Assembly (NCBI RefSeq): GCF_000006765.1
Contig: NC_002516.2
DNA length: 64,000 nt
Reading direction: 5' to 3' (one strand)
Source: Pseudomonas aeruginosa PAO1
Lineage (GTDB): Bacteria; Pseudomonadota; Gammaproteobacteria; Pseudomonadales; Pseudomonadaceae
This document shows, piece by piece, positions 31,905 to 41,381 of this stretch (positions are counted from its first letter, which is position 1; the number at the start of each line of letters is the position of its first letter). The position numbers and the translations under genes were made by a program. The notes beneath the pieces were generated by a model. It did no database searches. It was not told the origin of the DNA and saw only the letters and a program-made list of their open reading frames with translations.

Positions 31905-32822
31905 TCAGGCCGCCGCGTGTTGCGCCTGGTCCAGTTCCACCAGCGTCTCGATCATCGCCTTGGCCGCTGCCGAAAGCCGGTAGCCGCTGCGGCTGATGAT
32001 GCCGCAGCGGGCGCTGAGGCTATCCAGGTTCTGCGGCAGGTTGCGCCACTGTAGCGGTTGCAGTTCGCCGCGCTGCAGGTAGGGGCGCAGGGTCTCGTCG
32101 CTGGCGATGCCGATGGCGTCGGTCTGGCGGACGATACGGATCAGCGCGTGCATGTTCTCGCAGCGGATGTTGGCGGCGAAGTCGATCTTGCCGCTGAGGT
32201 TCGCCAGCAGCTTGCGGATGCCCGGGGGAATCAGGGTCGAGGCCAGCGGGTAGTTGAACAGGTCGTTGGTGGACAGGCTGTCCTTGCCCAGCAGCGGATG
32301 TTGCGGACGGCAGAAGAACTGGCCGCGGCGCGGGGTCAGCGGGCGCGTCTGGAAGTTCGGGTCGGCCTCGAAGTCGCGGATGTCGGCGACGAAGAATTCG
32401 ATCTCTTCGCGGAGCAGGGCGCGGCTGAGCTTTTCCCAGTTGTCCACGTCCAGGCTGATCTGCACCCGCGGGTGGCGGTTGATGAAGTCGGCCACCGCGT
32501 CCGGCACCAGTTGCTGGGCCGGCGCCGGCCCGCTGCCGAAGCGCAGCTCGCCGGCATCCAGCTTGTTCAACTGGGCGATCTCGTGGATCAGGTTGGCCGA
32601 CCCCTGCACCAGGCTCAGCGCGTGTTGCAGCACCACCTGGCCTTCCGGCGTCGGGCGCAGGTCCTTGCTGCCACGGTCCACCAACTGACAGCCAAGCTCC
32701 TGCTCCAGGCCCTGGATGCTGCGGCTGAAGGCCGGCTGGGTGATGCCCATGGCGTCCGCCGCGCGGACGAAACTGCGGTGTTCGGCGAGGGCGATGAAGT
32801 AACGCAGTTGGCGCAGATCCAT
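31905..32822 (-). CDS. sftR: LysR-family regulator, SftR-like by analogy to the P. putida sulfate-ester regulator
   Basis: 305 aa with HTH MDLRQLRYF...SFVRAADAMGITQPAFSRSIQGLE; divergent from the TonB receptor-atsK operon. The symbol is assigned by synteny. Confidence 0.75.
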   Translation of the reverse strand: MDLRQLRYFIALAEHRSFVRAADAMGITQPAFSRSIQGLEQELGCQLVDRGSKDLRPTPEGQVVLQHALSLVQGSANLIHEIAQLNKLDAGELRFGSGPAPAQQLVPDAVADFINRHPRVQISLDVDNWEKLSRALLREEIEFFVADIRDFEADPNFQTRPLTPRRGQFFCRPQHPLLGKDSLSTNDLFNYPLASTLIPPGIRKLLANLSGKIDFAANIRCENMHALIRIVRQTDAIGIASDETLRPYLQRGELQPLQWRNLPQNLDSLSARCGIISRSGYRLSAAAKAMIETLVELDQAQHAAA

Positions 32823-32823
32823 G

Positions 32824-32866
32824 ATGCTTTACCGGCATTGGAAATATTGGACAAAGGCATTTGCCG
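32824..32866. promoter_or_regulatory. Tandem LysR operator C (sftR/sftP divergent region)
   Basis: Perfect ATGC-TTTACCG-GCAT at 32824-38, one base from the LysR start codon, with a degenerate second dyad at 32846-60. Confidence 0.75.
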
Positions 32867-33171
32867 TTCGGGATGTGCTGGTTTTAAATGCAAGCTCTTA
32901 TTCCGTCAACAAAGAACAAATTAGAAAAATATGCAATTTAGTAATAAGCATAGATAGACCCCAGGAGCTGAACATGGTCCACCGTGCCTTTGCCGCCCCA
33001 CCTCCGCCGTTCCGAATGCCCTTCCGCGTCGCCGGCGGCTGTCGCCCCTGACAGTCGCCCGGGGCTGAGCCGTCCGCCGGCCCCCTTCGAACCTTTCGCC
33101 AGATCGCTGCCTTGCGCGGCATGGCCGCCTGCTGCCTGCGTCCGGCTGCGCCGGAACCGAGGACATTCACG

Positions 33172-35544
33172 ATGAAGCACCACTACCGCCTGCCGCTCCG
33201 CCGAACGCCGCCCGGCGGCTCCGACTACGCCCTGGCCCTGCTGCTCGCCCTCGGCGGTGCGTTGCCGGCCAGTGCCGCCGATGCTCCCGCGCCCGCCGAG
33301 GAAGCGCCGCCGCTGGCCGGCAGCGCACCGGCCAAGGCCGATACGGCCCTGGGCAAGGTCACTGTCACCGCGCGTCGCCGCGAGGAGGATTCGCAGAAGG
33401 TACCGACGCCGATCACCGTGCTCGGCGGCGAGACTCTCGAGGCCCAGCGCATCTCCCGGGTGCAGGACCTGCAGCAGGTGCTGCCCAGCGTCAATGTCGC
33501 CTACATCCATGCGCGGCAGTCGAGCGTCGCCGTGCGCGGCATCGGCAACAACCCCGCCAGCGACGGCCTGGAAGGCAGCGCCGGGATCTACCTCGACAAC
33601 GTCTACCTGGGACGTCCGGGAATGGCCGTGTTCGACCTGCTGGACATCGAGCAACTGGAGCTGCTGCGCGGTCCGCAGGGCACCCTGTTCGGCAAGAACA
33701 CCACCGCCGGGGTGCTGAACATCAGCACCCGCGCGCCGACCTTCACTGCCGAGCGTACCGTCGAGGTCTCCGGCGGGCAGGATGGCTACTTCCAGGGCCG
33801 CGGCACGGTTTCCGGGCCGCTCGGCGAAACCCTCGCCGGACGCCTCTCGGCCTATCGCACCCGCGACGACGGCTACATCAAGAACATCCACGACGACAAC
33901 TATCTCAACGGCGGCGAGCGCCAGGGCGCGCGCGGGCAATTGCTGTTCGAGCCGAACGAGGACTTCAGCCTGCGCTGGATCGCCGACTACAACGAGGAGG
34001 ATTCGAGCAACGGCAGCATGGTGGTCTACGGCGGCGCCGAGCGTTTCTGGCAGCGCGCCGCGCTGGTCGGCGCTTCGCCGTTGCGCGATCCGCAGCGCAG
34101 GAAGGTCAACATCAACGGCCGCCAGCACGTCAGCGTGCACCAGGGTGGCAGCTCGCTGGAGGCCAACTGGAACCTCGCCGGCGGTTACCGCCTGACCTCC
34201 ATCAGCGCCTACCGCTACTGGCACTTCACCCCGGCCAACGACGAGCAACTGAACGTCTCGGCGATCAACGACACCGGGGTGGAAGTGCACGACCGGCAGT
34301 TCTCCCAGGAGATCCGCCTGGCCTCGCCCACCGGCGGTGCCTTCGACTACGTGGTGGGCGCCTACGCGTTCAGGCAGAACCTCGGCAACAAGACCTTCAC
34401 CTCCTACGGACCGTTGGCCGACCTGTACCTGCTCGGCGCCAATCTCGGCGCGCTGAACGACACCTACTCGAAGGCCAACGGCAAGATCGAGACCGACAGC
34501 TTCGCGCTGTTCGCCCAGGGCACCTGGCACCTCACCGAACGCCTGGACTTCACCGCCGGCCTGCGTGGTACCTACGAGGAGAAGAACGCCAAGGTCGAGC
34601 GCTTCGCTCCGCTGGGCGGCGCGGCGGTCGGCGGGGTCGGCGCGGCGGTGCGCAACGGCCAGCTCGGCGCCTACGATTCCGGCGATCTCAGCCAGTACAA
34701 CTTCGCCCCTTCGGCGTTGCTCAGCCTCAGCTACCAGTTCAGCGACGACCTGCTCGGCTACGCCAGCCTGTCCCACGGCGAGAAGTCCGGCGGGGTCAAC
34801 CTGGCGGTGGGCAGCGCACCGAGCGCCGGCGCCGATTCGCTGCTGGTCGGACCGGAGCGCGCCAACGACGCCGAGCTGGGCCTGAAGAGCACGCTCTTCG
34901 ACCGGCGCCTGCTGCTCAACGCCAACCTGTTCTGGACCGGCATCCACGGCTACCAGGCCACCACCCTGTACCAGGCGCCGGGCTCGACCCAGTTGGTGCA
35001 GGTGCTGGCCAACGCCGGCAGCGTGCGCTCGCGTGGTCTGGAGTTCGAGGCCACCGCGCTGCCGTTGCGCGGCCTGACCCTGAACTTCAACGGCTCCTAT
35101 AACGACGTCACCTACCTGTCGTTCAAGGATGCCCCGTGCCCTGCGGAAGTCAGCACCCGGCCCGGCGCGCCGAGCAGTTGCGACCTCACCGGGCAGCGCG
35201 TGGTCGGCGCCTCGAAATGGATCGCCAATCTCAATGGCGAATACCAGTGGCGCCTCGACGACCGCTTCCAACCCTACGTCAGCGCCAGCTACGCCTACCG
35301 CTCCGCCGCCGAGGGCACGCTGGACAACTCCGACCTTTCGAAGATCGACGGCTACGCCCTGGTGAACCTCGCCGCCGGTCTGCGCAGCGATCTCGGCGAC
35401 GGCCAACTGGACACCTCGGTATGGCTGAAGAACGCCTTCGACAAGGACTACTACCTGAGCGCCTTCGCCAGCATCAACGGCTCCTACACCGCATCGGTGG
35501 GGCAGCCGCGCACGCTCGGCGTATCGCTGCGCTACGACTTCTGA
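33172..35544 (+). CDS. TonB-dependent receptor, SftP-like; PA0192-like
   Basis: 790 aa from ATG 33172: signal peptide, TonB-box region KVTVTARRR, plug motif [18 protein letters not shown] and C-terminal YDF. Confidence 0.92.
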   Translation: MKHHYRLPLRRTPPGGSDYALALLLALGGALPASAADAPAPAEEAPPLAGSAPAKADTALGKVTVTARRREEDSQKVPTPITVLGGETLEAQRISRVQDLQQVLPSVNVAYIHARQSSVAVRGIGNNPASDGLEGSAGIYLDNVYLGRPGMAVFDLLDIEQLELLRGPQGTLFGKNTTAGVLNISTRAPTFTAERTVEVSGGQDGYFQGRGTVSGPLGETLAGRLSAYRTRDDGYIKNIHDDNYLNGGERQGARGQLLFEPNEDFSLRWIADYNEEDSSNGSMVVYGGAERFWQRAALVGASPLRDPQRRKVNINGRQHVSVHQGGSSLEANWNLAGGYRLTSISAYRYWHFTPANDEQLNVSAINDTGVEVHDRQFSQEIRLASPTGGAFDYVVGAYAFRQNLGNKTFTSYGPLADLYLLGANLGALNDTYSKANGKIETDSFALFAQGTWHLTERLDFTAGLRGTYEEKNAKVERFAPLGGAAVGGVGAAVRNGQLGAYDSGDLSQYNFAPSALLSLSYQFSDDLLGYASLSHGEKSGGVNLAVGSAPSAGADSLLVGPERANDAELGLKSTLFDRRLLLNANLFWTGIHGYQATTLYQAPGSTQLVQVLANAGSVRSRGLEFEATALPLRGLTLNFNGSYNDVTYLSFKDAPCPAEVSTRPGAPSSCDLTGQRVVGASKWIANLNGEYQWRLDDRFQPYVSASYAYRSAAEGTLDNSDLSKIDGYALVNLAAGLRSDLGDGQLDTSVWLKNAFDKDYYLSAFASINGSYTASVGQPRTLGVSLRYDF

Positions 35545-35584
35545 GCCTTCACCCACGCAGTACCCCACGCATGAGGAACATGAC

Positions 35585-36487
35585 ATGAGCAATGCAGCAC
35601 AAGCCCTCGCCACGCCGGTACGGCTCGACATCCGGCCGGTCGCCGGACGGATCGGCGCGGAGATTCGCGGCGTGACCCTGTCCGGCGAACTGGACGCCGC
35701 CACCGTCGAGGCGATCCAGGCCGCCCTGGTACGCCACAAGGTGATCTTCTTCCGGGACCAGAGCCATCTCGACGACCAGACCCAGGAGGCCTTCGCCCAC
35801 TTGCTCGGCGAACCGGTTGCCCACCCCACCGTGCCGTCCCGCGAAGGCACCCGCTTCCTCCTCGAGCTGGATGGCGCCGAAGGCCGCCGGGCCAATTCCT
35901 GGCATACCGACGTGACCTTCGTCGAGGCCTACCCGAAGGCCTCGATCCTGCGCAGCGTGGTGGCCCCGGAGTCCGGCGGCGACACCGTCTGGGCCAACAC
36001 GGCGAGCGCCTACGCCGACCTGCCGGCGGAGCTGCGCGAGCTGGCCGACCGGCTCTGGGCGGTGCACAGCAACGAGTACGACTACGCCGGGGTCAAGCCC
36101 AGCGCCTCGGTGGAGCAGTTGGAGAACTACCGCAAGGTGTTCACCTCGACCGTCTACGAGACCGAGCACCCGGTGGTCCGCGTGCATCCGCAAAGCGGCG
36201 AGCGGACGCTGCTCCTCGGCCACTTCGTGAAACGCCTGAAGGGTCTTTCGCAGCATGACTCGGCGCACCTCTTCGCGGTGCTGCAGGGGCACGTCACGCG
36301 CCTGGAGAACACCGTGCGCTGGCGCTGGCAGGCCGGCGACGTGGCGATCTGGGACAACCGCGCGACCCAGCACTACGCGATCGACGACTACGGCGACCAG
36401 CCGCGCGTGGTGCGCCGGGTGACCCTCGGCGGCGACGTGCCGGTAGGCATCGACGGGCAACGCAGCCGGACGATCCGGAAGGCATGA
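35585..36487 (+). CDS. atsK: Alkylsulfatase AtsK (Fe/2OG dioxygenase)
   Basis: 300 aa with [16 protein letters not shown] and HPVVRVHP; closely resembles P. putida AtsK as recalled. Confidence 0.9.
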   Translation: MSNAAQALATPVRLDIRPVAGRIGAEIRGVTLSGELDAATVEAIQAALVRHKVIFFRDQSHLDDQTQEAFAHLLGEPVAHPTVPSREGTRFLLELDGAEGRRANSWHTDVTFVEAYPKASILRSVVAPESGGDTVWANTASAYADLPAELRELADRLWAVHSNEYDYAGVKPSASVEQLENYRKVFTSTVYETEHPVVRVHPQSGERTLLLGHFVKRLKGLSQHDSAHLFAVLQGHVTRLENTVRWRWQAGDVAIWDNRATQHYAIDDYGDQPRVVRRVTLGGDVPVGIDGQRSRTIRKA

Positions 36488-36495
36488 CGGACCCG

Positions 36496-36518
36496 GCCCT
36501 CTCCTCGCCGGGGAGGGC
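36496..36518. repeat. CCCTCTCC-family hairpin, copy 3
   Basis: GCCCTCTCC-TCGCC-GGGGAGGGC between atsK and the next dioxygenase gene. Confidence 0.5.
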
Positions 36519-36554
36519 GACCACAGGAAGAACGAACCCGCGAGGACCCCTTAC

Positions 36555-37454
36555 ATGAGCCAATCCGCCACCGCCCGGCAACCCGAACCCGAGGTCGCCG
36601 AGGCATTCCGCATCACCCCCCTGGAGGCGCCGCTGGGCGCCGAAGTCCGTGGCCTCGACGCGCGCCGGCCGCTGGCGCCGGAGCAGGTCCTGGCGCTCAA
36701 GCAGGCGCTGCGCGAGCACCACATCCTGGTGTTCCGCCAGCAGCACCTCGACGATGAGCAGTACTTGCGCTTCGCCACCCTGTTCGGCTCGGTGTTCCAG
36801 CCGCCGGCGGACATCCCGGTGCTGTCCTCGGGTGGCGACGGCAAGGTGCCGGACATCGTCAAGGTGGCCAACACCGGCGACGGCGAACTGGGCAACTTCG
36901 CCCTGCCGGCACACATCGACCACCAATGGACGCCGGTGCCGTCCTCCGGCTCGTTCCTCTACGCACTGGAGGTGCCGTCCAGTGGCGGCGAGACGCGCTT
37001 CACCAACCTGGCGCGCGCCTACGAGAGCCTCGACGAGGCGACCCGGCGCGAGATCGATGGCCTGCGCCTGATCAACTACAACCCCTTCATCCGCCTGCGC
37101 GAGGGCGGCTACGGCGGCGGTTTCGCCACCTACCGCACGCCGGACATCGAACCGATCCAGGGCAGCGAGCACCCGCTGGTACGCACCCACCCGGAAAGCG
37201 GCCGGCGCGTACTGTTCCTCAGCGCCCACACCGAGGTGGAGATTCCCGGCTACGACCCCGCGCGGGGCCAGGCGCTGATCGGTCGCCTGCGCGAACATCT
37301 GGCGCGCCCGGAACTGAGCTACAGCCACGCCTGGTCGGTGGGCGACATCGTCTGGTGGGACAACCAGGCCGTGCTGCATGCGCGCAACGCCTTCCCGGCC
37401 AGCGAGCGGCGGCGCCTGAAGCGCATCAGCCTGGCGGGCAGCCGTCCGTTCTGA
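36555..37454 (+). CDS. Second TauD-family dioxygenase of unknown substrate; PA0194-like
   Basis: 299 aa with HID (AHIDHQW), HPLVRTHPESGR and WDNQAVLHAR. Confidence 0.88.
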   Translation: MSQSATARQPEPEVAEAFRITPLEAPLGAEVRGLDARRPLAPEQVLALKQALREHHILVFRQQHLDDEQYLRFATLFGSVFQPPADIPVLSSGGDGKVPDIVKVANTGDGELGNFALPAHIDHQWTPVPSSGSFLYALEVPSSGGETRFTNLARAYESLDEATRREIDGLRLINYNPFIRLREGGYGGGFATYRTPDIEPIQGSEHPLVRTHPESGRRVLFLSAHTEVEIPGYDPARGQALIGRLREHLARPELSYSHAWSVGDIVWWDNQAVLHARNAFPASERRRLKRISLAGSRPF

Positions 37455-37552
37455 GCCGGCATCCCCCAGCGTGCGCCGGCTCCTCCGTTGCCGACCGGCG
37501 TAGGTCGCTGCGCGCCGCTCTGGCGAGCACCTTCCGTTCCGGCGAATAGCTA

Positions 37553-37583
37553 GCAGAACTGCGACATGCTGTCGCAGTTCTGC
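37553..37583. other. Perfect 14-bp inverted repeat (terminator or transcription-factor site)
   Basis: GCAGAACTGCGACA-TGC-TGTCGCAGTTCTGC. Confidence 0.85.
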
Positions 37584-37672
37584 CATTTCTCCGCGTCTAT
37601 CCTGCCCATAGGGCAATTCGCCTTTGGTCTAACGAGCTGGCCTGCAGCGCCCATGGAAAGGCGATCCTGACT

Positions 37673-37700
37673 TTGTAGTCAAAGTTTTACTTTGCTACTT
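37673..37700. promoter_or_regulatory. Candidate RccR (HexR-family) 28-bp site upstream of pntAA
   Basis: TTGTAGTC-N12-TGCTACTT versus the recalled consensus ATGTAGTG-N12-CACTACAT: 11/16 matches with exact spacing. Confidence 0.45.
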
Positions 37701-38100
37701 TGGCCAGGCATCAGGGATTGCTGATACAGCGTATTAAAAACATTAATTACCCCGGCATTCCGCGGCGCTGGCAGGATATTTTCCCGTCGAAGCCGTAGCG
37801 GCTTGACCTGATAGCCGGTCATTCACGGCAGGGATGTCATATTCTCGCGCGGGCTTCCCCGGATAGGCTGCACGCCAGTCAGGACGCGCCCGGCGGCGAT
37901 GGGCGGGAATTGTTGGTCGATTTATGACTTGTAGTTTCTCTGTCGTATGCCTTCAGAACTTGTTGAAGGCTTTTCGGCTCGATTGCACAATGCCGCGCCA
38001 AGGTTCGTTCGCGAATCGCGGTATGTGAGCTAGACCTCCGCAGCCGGTGCGCCATCCGCAGTGCCCCGGACTACTCGACAATCACGCAGGAGATTCGTGA

Positions 38101-39219
38101 GTGCAGATCGGTGTCCCCCTCGAGACCCATGCCGGTGAGACGCGGGTTTCCGCCACCCCGGAAACCGTCAAGAAGCTGATCGGCCAAGGCCACCAGGTGA
38201 TCGTCCAGAGCGGCGCCGGCGTCAGCGCCAGCCAGCCGGACAGTGCCTATGAAGCCGCCGGCGCGACGATCGGCAGCGCCGCCGAGGCCTTCGGCGCCGA
38301 CCTGGTGCTGAAGGTGGTCGCGCCCAGCGCCGCCGAGCTGGCCCAGATGAAAAGCGGCGCCGTGCTGGTCGGCATGCTCAACCCCTTCGACAACGAGAAC
38401 ATCGCCCGCATGGCCGAGCGCGGCATCACCGCCTTCGCCCTCGAGGCCGCGCCGCGTACCTCGCGGGCGCAGAGCCTGGACGTGCTCTCCTCGCAGGCCA
38501 ACATCGCCGGCTACAAGGCGGTGATGCTCGCCGCCAACCACTACCCGCGCTTCATGCCGATGCTGATGACCGCCGCCGGCACCGTGAAGGCCGCCCGCGT
38601 GCTGATCCTCGGCGCCGGCGTCGCCGGCCTGCAGGCGATCGCCACGGCCAAGCGCCTGGGCGCGGTGATCGAGGCTTCCGACGTGCGTCCGGCGGTGAAG
38701 GAGCAGATCGAGTCGCTCGGCGCCAAGTTCGTCGACGTGCCCTACGAGACCGACGAAGAGCGCGAGTGCGCCGAAGGCGTCGGCGGCTACGCGCGGCCGA
38801 TGCCGGCCTCGTGGATGGAGCGCCAGGCCAAGGCCGTGCACGAGCGCGCCAAGCAGTCGGACATCGTCATCACCACCGCGCTGATCCCCGGCCGCAAGGC
38901 GCCGACGCTGCTGCACGAGGCGACCGTGGCGGAGATGAAGCCGGGCTCGGTGGTCATCGACCTGGCCGCCGCCCAGGGCGGCAACTGCCCGCTGACCGAG
39001 GCCGACCAGGTCGTGGTCCGGCACGGCGTGACCATCGTCGGCCACAGCAACCTGGCCGCGCTGGTACCGGCGGACGCCTCGGCGCTATACGCGCGCAACA
39101 TCCTCGATTTCCTCAAGCTCACCCTGAACGCCGAAGGCTTCAGCGTGAACCTCGAGGACGACATCGTCGCCGCCTGCCTGATGTGCCGCGACGGCCAGGC
39201 GGTGCGCAAGAACGGCTGA
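38101..39219 (+). CDS. pntAA: NAD(P) transhydrogenase subunit alpha, part 1
   Basis: 372 aa from a GTG start with ETRVSATPETVKKL, GAGVAGLQAIATA and TTALIPGRKAP. Confidence 0.96.
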   Translation: MQIGVPLETHAGETRVSATPETVKKLIGQGHQVIVQSGAGVSASQPDSAYEAAGATIGSAAEAFGADLVLKVVAPSAAELAQMKSGAVLVGMLNPFDNENIARMAERGITAFALEAAPRTSRAQSLDVLSSQANIAGYKAVMLAANHYPRFMPMLMTAAGTVKAARVLILGAGVAGLQAIATAKRLGAVIEASDVRPAVKEQIESLGAKFVDVPYETDEERECAEGVGGYARPMPASWMERQAKAVHERAKQSDIVITTALIPGRKAPTLLHEATVAEMKPGSVVIDLAAAQGGNCPLTEADQVVVRHGVTIVGHSNLAALVPADASALYARNILDFLKLTLNAEGFSVNLEDDIVAACLMCRDGQAVRKNG

Positions 39220-39294
39220 GCCGCTGCGTCGGGAAGCTTCGATAACGATAAATGCGCACGCCTCGCGCCTGCGCCCTGAAGACCGGTGAAAACG

Positions 39295-39603
39295 ATGGAT
39301 ATCATTTCTGACGGGATCTACAACCTGATCATCTTCGTGCTGGCCGTGTACGTCGGCTACCACGTGGTATGGAACGTCACCCCTGCCTTGCACACCCCGC
39401 TGATGGCGGTGACCAACGCGATTTCCGCGATCGTCATCGTCGGCGCCATGCTCGCCGCCGCCCTGACCGTGACCCCGCTGGGCAAGGCCATGGGCACCCT
39501 CGCCGTGGCCCTGGCCGCGGTCAATGTGTTCGGTGGCTTCCTGGTCACCCGGCGCATGCTGGAAATGTTCAAGAAGAAAGCGCCGAAGGCGGGGGGCCAC
39601 TGA
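39295..39603 (+). CDS. pntAB: NAD(P) transhydrogenase subunit alpha, part 2
   Basis: About 102 aa (alternative GTG start at 39286) with [16 protein letters not shown] and [16 protein letters not shown]. Confidence 0.93.
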   Translation: MDIISDGIYNLIIFVLAVYVGYHVVWNVTPALHTPLMAVTNAISAIVIVGAMLAAALTVTPLGKAMGTLAVALAAVNVFGGFLVTRRMLEMFKKKAPKAGGH

Positions 39604-41039
39604 TGAGCATGAACCTGGTCACCCTCCTGTACCTCATCGCCTCGGTCTGCTTCATCCAGGCCCTGAAAGGCCTGTCGCACCCGACCACCTCGCGCCGCGG
39701 CAACCTCTTCGGCATGGTCGGCATGGCCATCGCCGTGGCCACCACCGTCGGCCTGGTGTTCAAGCTGGGCGCGGAGATCGCCACCACCGGCGTCGGCTAC
39801 ATCGTCGTCGGCCTGCTGGTCGGCGGTACCGCCGGCTCAATCATGGCCAAGCGCGTCGAGATGACCAAGATGCCCGAGCTGGTCGCCTTCATGCACAGCA
39901 TGATCGGCCTGGCCGCGGTGTTCATCGCCATCGCCGCGGTGGTCGAGCCGCAGTCGCTGGGGATCGTCGCGCACCTGGGCGACACCATTCCCACCGGCAA
40001 CCGCCTGGAGCTGTTCCTCGGCGCGGCCATCGGCGCCATCACCTTCTCCGGTTCGGTGATCGCCTTCGGCAAGCTCTCCGGCAAGTACAAGTTTCGCCTG
40101 TTCCAGGGCACCCCGGTGCAGTTCTCCGGGCAGCACCTGCTGAACCTGGTGCTCGGCCTGGCAACCCTCGGCCTGGGCCTGGTGTTCATGTTCACCGGCA
40201 ACCTCACCGCCTTCGCCGTGATGCTGGCGCTGGCCTTCGTCCTCGGCGTGCTGATCATCATCCCCATCGGCGGCGCCGACATGCCGGTGGTGGTGTCGAT
40301 GCTCAACTCCTATTCCGGCTGGGCCGCGGCGGGTATCGGCTTCTCGCTGAACAACTCGATGCTGATCATCGCCGGCTCGCTGGTCGGCTCCTCGGGCGCG
40401 ATCCTCTCCTACATCATGTGCAAGGCGATGAACCGCTCGTTCTTCAACGTCATCCTCGGCGGCTTCGGCGCCGAAGCCGACGCCGGCGGCCCGGCGGGCT
40501 CCAAGGAGCAGCGTCCGGTGAAGTCCGGTTCGGCCGACGATGCCTCGTTCCTGCTGACCAACGCCGACAGCGTGATCATCGTCCCCGGCTACGGCCTGGC
40601 GGTGGCCCGTGCCCAGCACGCGCTGATGGAACTGGCGGAGAAGCTGACCCATCGCGGGGTCACCGTGAAGTTCGCCATCCACCCGGTCGCCGGGCGCATG
40701 CCGGGGCACATGAACGTGCTGCTGGCCGAGGCCGAGGTGCCCTACGAGCAGGTGTTCGAGATGGAGGACATCAACTCCGAGTTCGGCCAGACCGACGTGG
40801 TCCTGGTGCTCGGTGCCAACGACGTGGTCAACCCGGCGGCGAAGAACGATCCGAAGTCGCCCATCGCCGGCATGCCGATCCTCGAGGCCTACAAGGCCAA
40901 GACCGTGATCGTCAACAAGCGCTCCATGGCCAGCGGCTACGCCGGCCTGGACAACGAGCTGTTCTACCTGGACAAGACCATGATGGTGTTCGGTGACGCC
41001 AAGAAAGTCATCGAAGACATGGTCAAGGCGGTGGAGTGA
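39603..41039 (+). CDS. pntB: NAD(P) transhydrogenase subunit beta
   Basis: 478 aa (TGATG overlap) with MPELVAFMHS, PGYGLAVA and HPVAGRMPGHMNVLLAEA. Confidence 0.96.
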   Translation: MSMNLVTLLYLIASVCFIQALKGLSHPTTSRRGNLFGMVGMAIAVATTVGLVFKLGAEIATTGVGYIVVGLLVGGTAGSIMAKRVEMTKMPELVAFMHSMIGLAAVFIAIAAVVEPQSLGIVAHLGDTIPTGNRLELFLGAAIGAITFSGSVIAFGKLSGKYKFRLFQGTPVQFSGQHLLNLVLGLATLGLGLVFMFTGNLTAFAVMLALAFVLGVLIIIPIGGADMPVVVSMLNSYSGWAAAGIGFSLNNSMLIIAGSLVGSSGAILSYIMCKAMNRSFFNVILGGFGAEADAGGPAGSKEQRPVKSGSADDASFLLTNADSVIIVPGYGLAVARAQHALMELAEKLTHRGVTVKFAIHPVAGRMPGHMNVLLAEAEVPYEQVFEMEDINSEFGQTDVVLVLGANDVVNPAAKNDPKSPIAGMPILEAYKAKTVIVNKRSMASGYAGLDNELFYLDKTMMVFGDAKKVIEDMVKAVE

Positions 41040-41059
41040 TTCCCCGCTGAGTCCACCAG

Positions 41060-41090
41060 AACCCCGGCCCAGGCCGGGGTTTTTCGTTTT
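41060..41090 (+). terminator. Rho-independent terminator of the pnt operon
   Basis: ACCCCGGC-CCAG-GCCGGGGT followed by TTTTCGTTTT. Confidence 0.85.
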
Positions 41091-41133
41091 CGCGGGTTGT
41101 CCGCACAGCGTTCTCCGCCGCTTCCAACGGCGA

Positions 41134-41176
41134 AAACACCAGCCTTTCAGGAATATTTTTCATGCCCGCAAGGCAT
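41134..41176. promoter_or_regulatory. Tandem LysR operator B (upstream of tonB2)
   Basis: GCCTTT-CAGG-AATATTT-TTC-ATGC-CCGCAAG-GCAT, with the same spacing as operators A and C. Confidence 0.65.
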
Positions 41177-41381
41177 GGGTTTTTCGTCGGATCGCTGTAG
41201 CCCGCCAACCACGCGGCCTGTGGCGATAGGGGCGAAACCCATAGCTCCAGAAGTTATTTCCATAACAAAAATAATTACTTCAGGCGCTAAGCCTCCTTGC
41301 CAATCATGCAACTCCCTGCGCCGCTAGGACTCCAGCACGGACCTGAGCGGCCATCGAGTTCGTCAGTGCAAGGAGCTTTTC

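Noticed and set aside
32938-35895. 985-aa minus-strand ORF, and similar ones at 8751-10865, 22508-24658, 50197-52722 and 60889-63999
   Set aside because: Same stop-codon-poor shadow effect; each exactly mirrors a real gene.
37566-37670. 34-codon ORF starting within the 14-bp inverted repeat upstream of pntAA
   Set aside because: No SD, the start codon is buried in the hairpin, and nothing supports translation.
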